Below, piece after piece: positions 61,692 through 64,000 of a stretch of DNA of 64,000 nucleotides. This DNA comes from Narcine bancroftii (taxonomy: Eukaryota), in contig NC_091472.1 of NCBI RefSeq assembly GCF_036971445.1, forward strand, positions 307,644,001 through 307,708,000. The letters are read 5' to 3'. The position numbers were made by a program, and so were the translations under genes. A model generated the notes under the pieces. It made no database searches. It had not been told where the DNA came from and saw only the letters and a program-made list of their open reading frames with translations. Position 1 is the first letter of the stretch, and every line of letters begins with the position of its first letter.

Positions 61692-61885
61692 TGACCACAA
61701 GACATAGGAGCAGAAGGAGGCTATTCTGCCCATCAAGCCTGTCCCATCATTTAATCATGAGCAGATCCATTTCCCCACTCAACCCCACTGCCCGGCCTTC
61801 TCCCCCTAACCTTTGATGCCCAGGCTAAACAAGACCCTATCAATCTCTGCCTAAAATACACCTAGTGACCTGACCTCCACAACCG
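61692..61885 (-). mobile_element. CR1 3' end fragment
   Basis: cacaagacataggagcagaaggaggc...cccatc; similar to 27363-27560. Confidence 0.8.
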
Positions 61886-62480
61886 CATGTGTGTACGTGG
61901 TGTGGTGCAGACGTGGAGAGGGTGATGTGTGAGTGATGTGTGGGAGGTGGGTGCATGGTGTGGTGTGGGTGGTGTGTGCATGGTGCAGTGGAGGGTGGTG
62001 TGTGGGTGGGGCAAGGGTGGTGTGTGCATGGCGTGGGGCGGACGTGGTGGTGAGGGTGGTGTGTGCGTGATGTGTGGGTGCTGTGTGCATGGTGTAGTGA
62101 GGGTGGTGTGTGGGTGGGGCATGGATGCTGTGTGGGTGGTGTGGTGCCGGTGTGGTGAGGGTGGTGAGTGGGTGGGGCATGAATGCTGTATGCATGGGGT
62201 GGTGCGGGCGTGGTGAGGATGGTGTGTGGGTGAGACATGGGTGCTGTGTGCATGGTGTGGTGCAGGCGTGGTGAGGGTGGTGTGTGGGTGTGGCATGGAT
62301 GCTGTGTGGGTGGTGTGGTGCAGACGTGGTGAGGGTGGTGTGTGTGTGATGTGTGGGTGCTGTGTGGGAGGTGTGTGGGTGGTGTGGTGCATGATGTGGT
62401 GAGGGTGGTGTGTGGGTGGTGTGTGGGTAGAGTGTGGATGGGTAGAGTGTGGGTGGTGTGTGGGGTAGAGTCTGTGTGCG
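61886..62480. repeat. GT-rich minisatellite, ~58-bp period in its core
   Basis: gtgagg anchors at 62155, 62213, 62271 and 62329. Confidence 0.9.
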
Positions 62481-62597
62481 CTGTTGGTGGGGGGGGAGGC
62501 CTCTGAAATTCTGACTCAGTTGTAGGACATTTTGAACCAGCTGCTTGGCGGCAGATTTGCTCTCCTATTTCTCCTCTTTTTTTTCTACTTATCACGG

Positions 62598-62828
62598 TGT
62601 GGTGGAACACGGTACTGCTGGCATGTCCGGCCATGTCCTCACTGGGCTGGGCAGGCTGGCCCACCTTCTGCACCTGTAGCCTCTCCCTATAAGATCCCAT
62701 AATAAAGGCCGAGAGCCCTAGTCTCCTTGGACATGAGCCAGCAGCATGTAGAGGCATGTCTGGGTCTTCTGATCAATAAAGCTTTGACTCTTGCTTCGTG
62801 TCTGCGGGTGGTCATTGATCGTGCCACA
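62598..62828 (+). mobile_element. Solo LTR (231 bp)
   Basis: TGTGG...CCACA termini; TSD cacgg/cacgc; tataa and AATAAA. Confidence 0.82.
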
Positions 62829-63515
62829 CACGCTCCCGTTTAATACATTTCAAAGGAGAAAAGTTGCAGAGAATTGAAACAAGTAGACAAATGCATTCCT
62901 TCACTGTAGTAAATAGGAAAGGAAGGAAAATTGATCGGACATCTTGTGGGTTGAGGAACCAGGACAAAATAAGAGATGGGAGAAAATGACAAGGACTTCT
63001 GAGGATTTGAGGCCACAAATCCTGGTGGAAAAATATTTGCAGGTATCTTATGAAACATGAAAGGAAAGGAAATTTGCATATGAATACCAAGAGAAAAACA
63101 CCAAAAGCAGAGTGGGAGGAAATCGGAAGGAGTATAAAGGGAAAGATGCAAGAGAGAGACAAAAAGAGAACGAAAACATGAAGAGAGGCAGTAACGAGGG
63201 AGAACCTCATTCACTGACATAATTTGCAGTGTCATGAGAAATCCTTTTCTTTAAAACTACACAAAACTGAAAATGACTATGCTACCTAATGAAATGGTAA
63301 TTCATTTAAAGAACATCCTGAACTGCACTTCAAAAGTTCTGGAGAAATTCAGCAGGTCAGGATGACGCTTAAAACATCAACTGCCTTTTTCTTCCATGTT
63401 TGCTGCATGACCTGTTGAGTTTCTCCAGCACCTTTGTGTCCTGAATTAGAACCAGAATTTATTGCCATAAACAAATGTCATGAGATATATAGTTTTTGTG
63501 ACAGCATTTCAGGTG

Positions 63516-63794
63516 TGTGACAGATATAGGTGTGTTTTTCGGAGATATATTGGGGCAGGGTTTGTTAGAGTAGGTCACATACAAATACTTTAAAACAGAT
63601 CTTATTTAAAATACTGGAGCTCTGCTAATGCTTGACATGTCGGTCCCAGAGCCTTTGCAAAAATTTTGGAGAGTGCCCAAGAGTCTTCACTAATGGATTG
63701 TTGTTTACAAAAAGGCAACAGATGAAAGAACTTGTCGGAGACACAGATTGTCTGGAGTGGAACTTGCTGTTCTAGGAAGGTCATGTTTTTCTCT

Positions 63795-63844
<50 letters not shown>

Positions 63845-64000
63845 AGTTTTGCAGTTTTACAGTCAGTAGCAGCAGCTGGGACTGGAACAGGACAAGCTGG
63901 CAAGCTTGTGGAAAAACCCCATTTGGAAGACGGGTTGTGAGTGCTTAGATCAGCCTAGTCAAAGCCCTTGTGGTTCATGCAAGAGGGGAGGACTGGTTGT
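63516..64000 (+). mobile_element. LTR of the 26187-27197 family, running off the window; includes (GA)n at ~63799-63842
   Basis: Starts TGTGACAG; collinear similarity to 26187-26680. Confidence 0.85.

Noticed and set aside
61840-62757. 305-aa His/Thr/Pro-rich ORF and overlapping ORFs
   Set aside because: Open only because the minisatellite lacks stop codons; it also spans an LTR and a CR1.

Overview
Eukaryotic, repeat-dense vertebrate genomic DNA. The repeat mix (CR1, Rex1/Babar, RTE, Penelope-like elements, V-SINE and Deu-SINE fragments) suggests a cartilaginous fish; this is inference. The whole window appears to lie inside a minus-strand ZNF385B-like gene. Two coding exons are visible (51089-51199 and 19465-19621); spliced together they rebuild one matrin-type C2H2 zinc finger across a 31,467-bp intron. 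The rest is mostly decayed transposons: a 9.5-kb Gmr1-type (IN-before-RT) Ty3/gypsy element nested in a Rex1 LINE and itself carrying a CR1 and a solo LTR; a 4.3-kb Mag-like gypsy element inside a CR1; several solo LTRs; hAT MITEs; a long-arm foldback element; a young RTE LINE with two ~190-bp 3' derivatives; and Penelope-like fragments with hammerhead-ribozyme-like cores. Most track ORFs are TE fragments or noise. I see no clearly new biological system. The best leads are the Penelope hammerhead motifs, the deleted Gmr1 element with uneven LTR divergence, the gypsy with a YLDN motif and no canonical PBS, and a possible RTE-derived SINE. Family assignments are from motif recognition, not database searches, and many boundaries are approximate.
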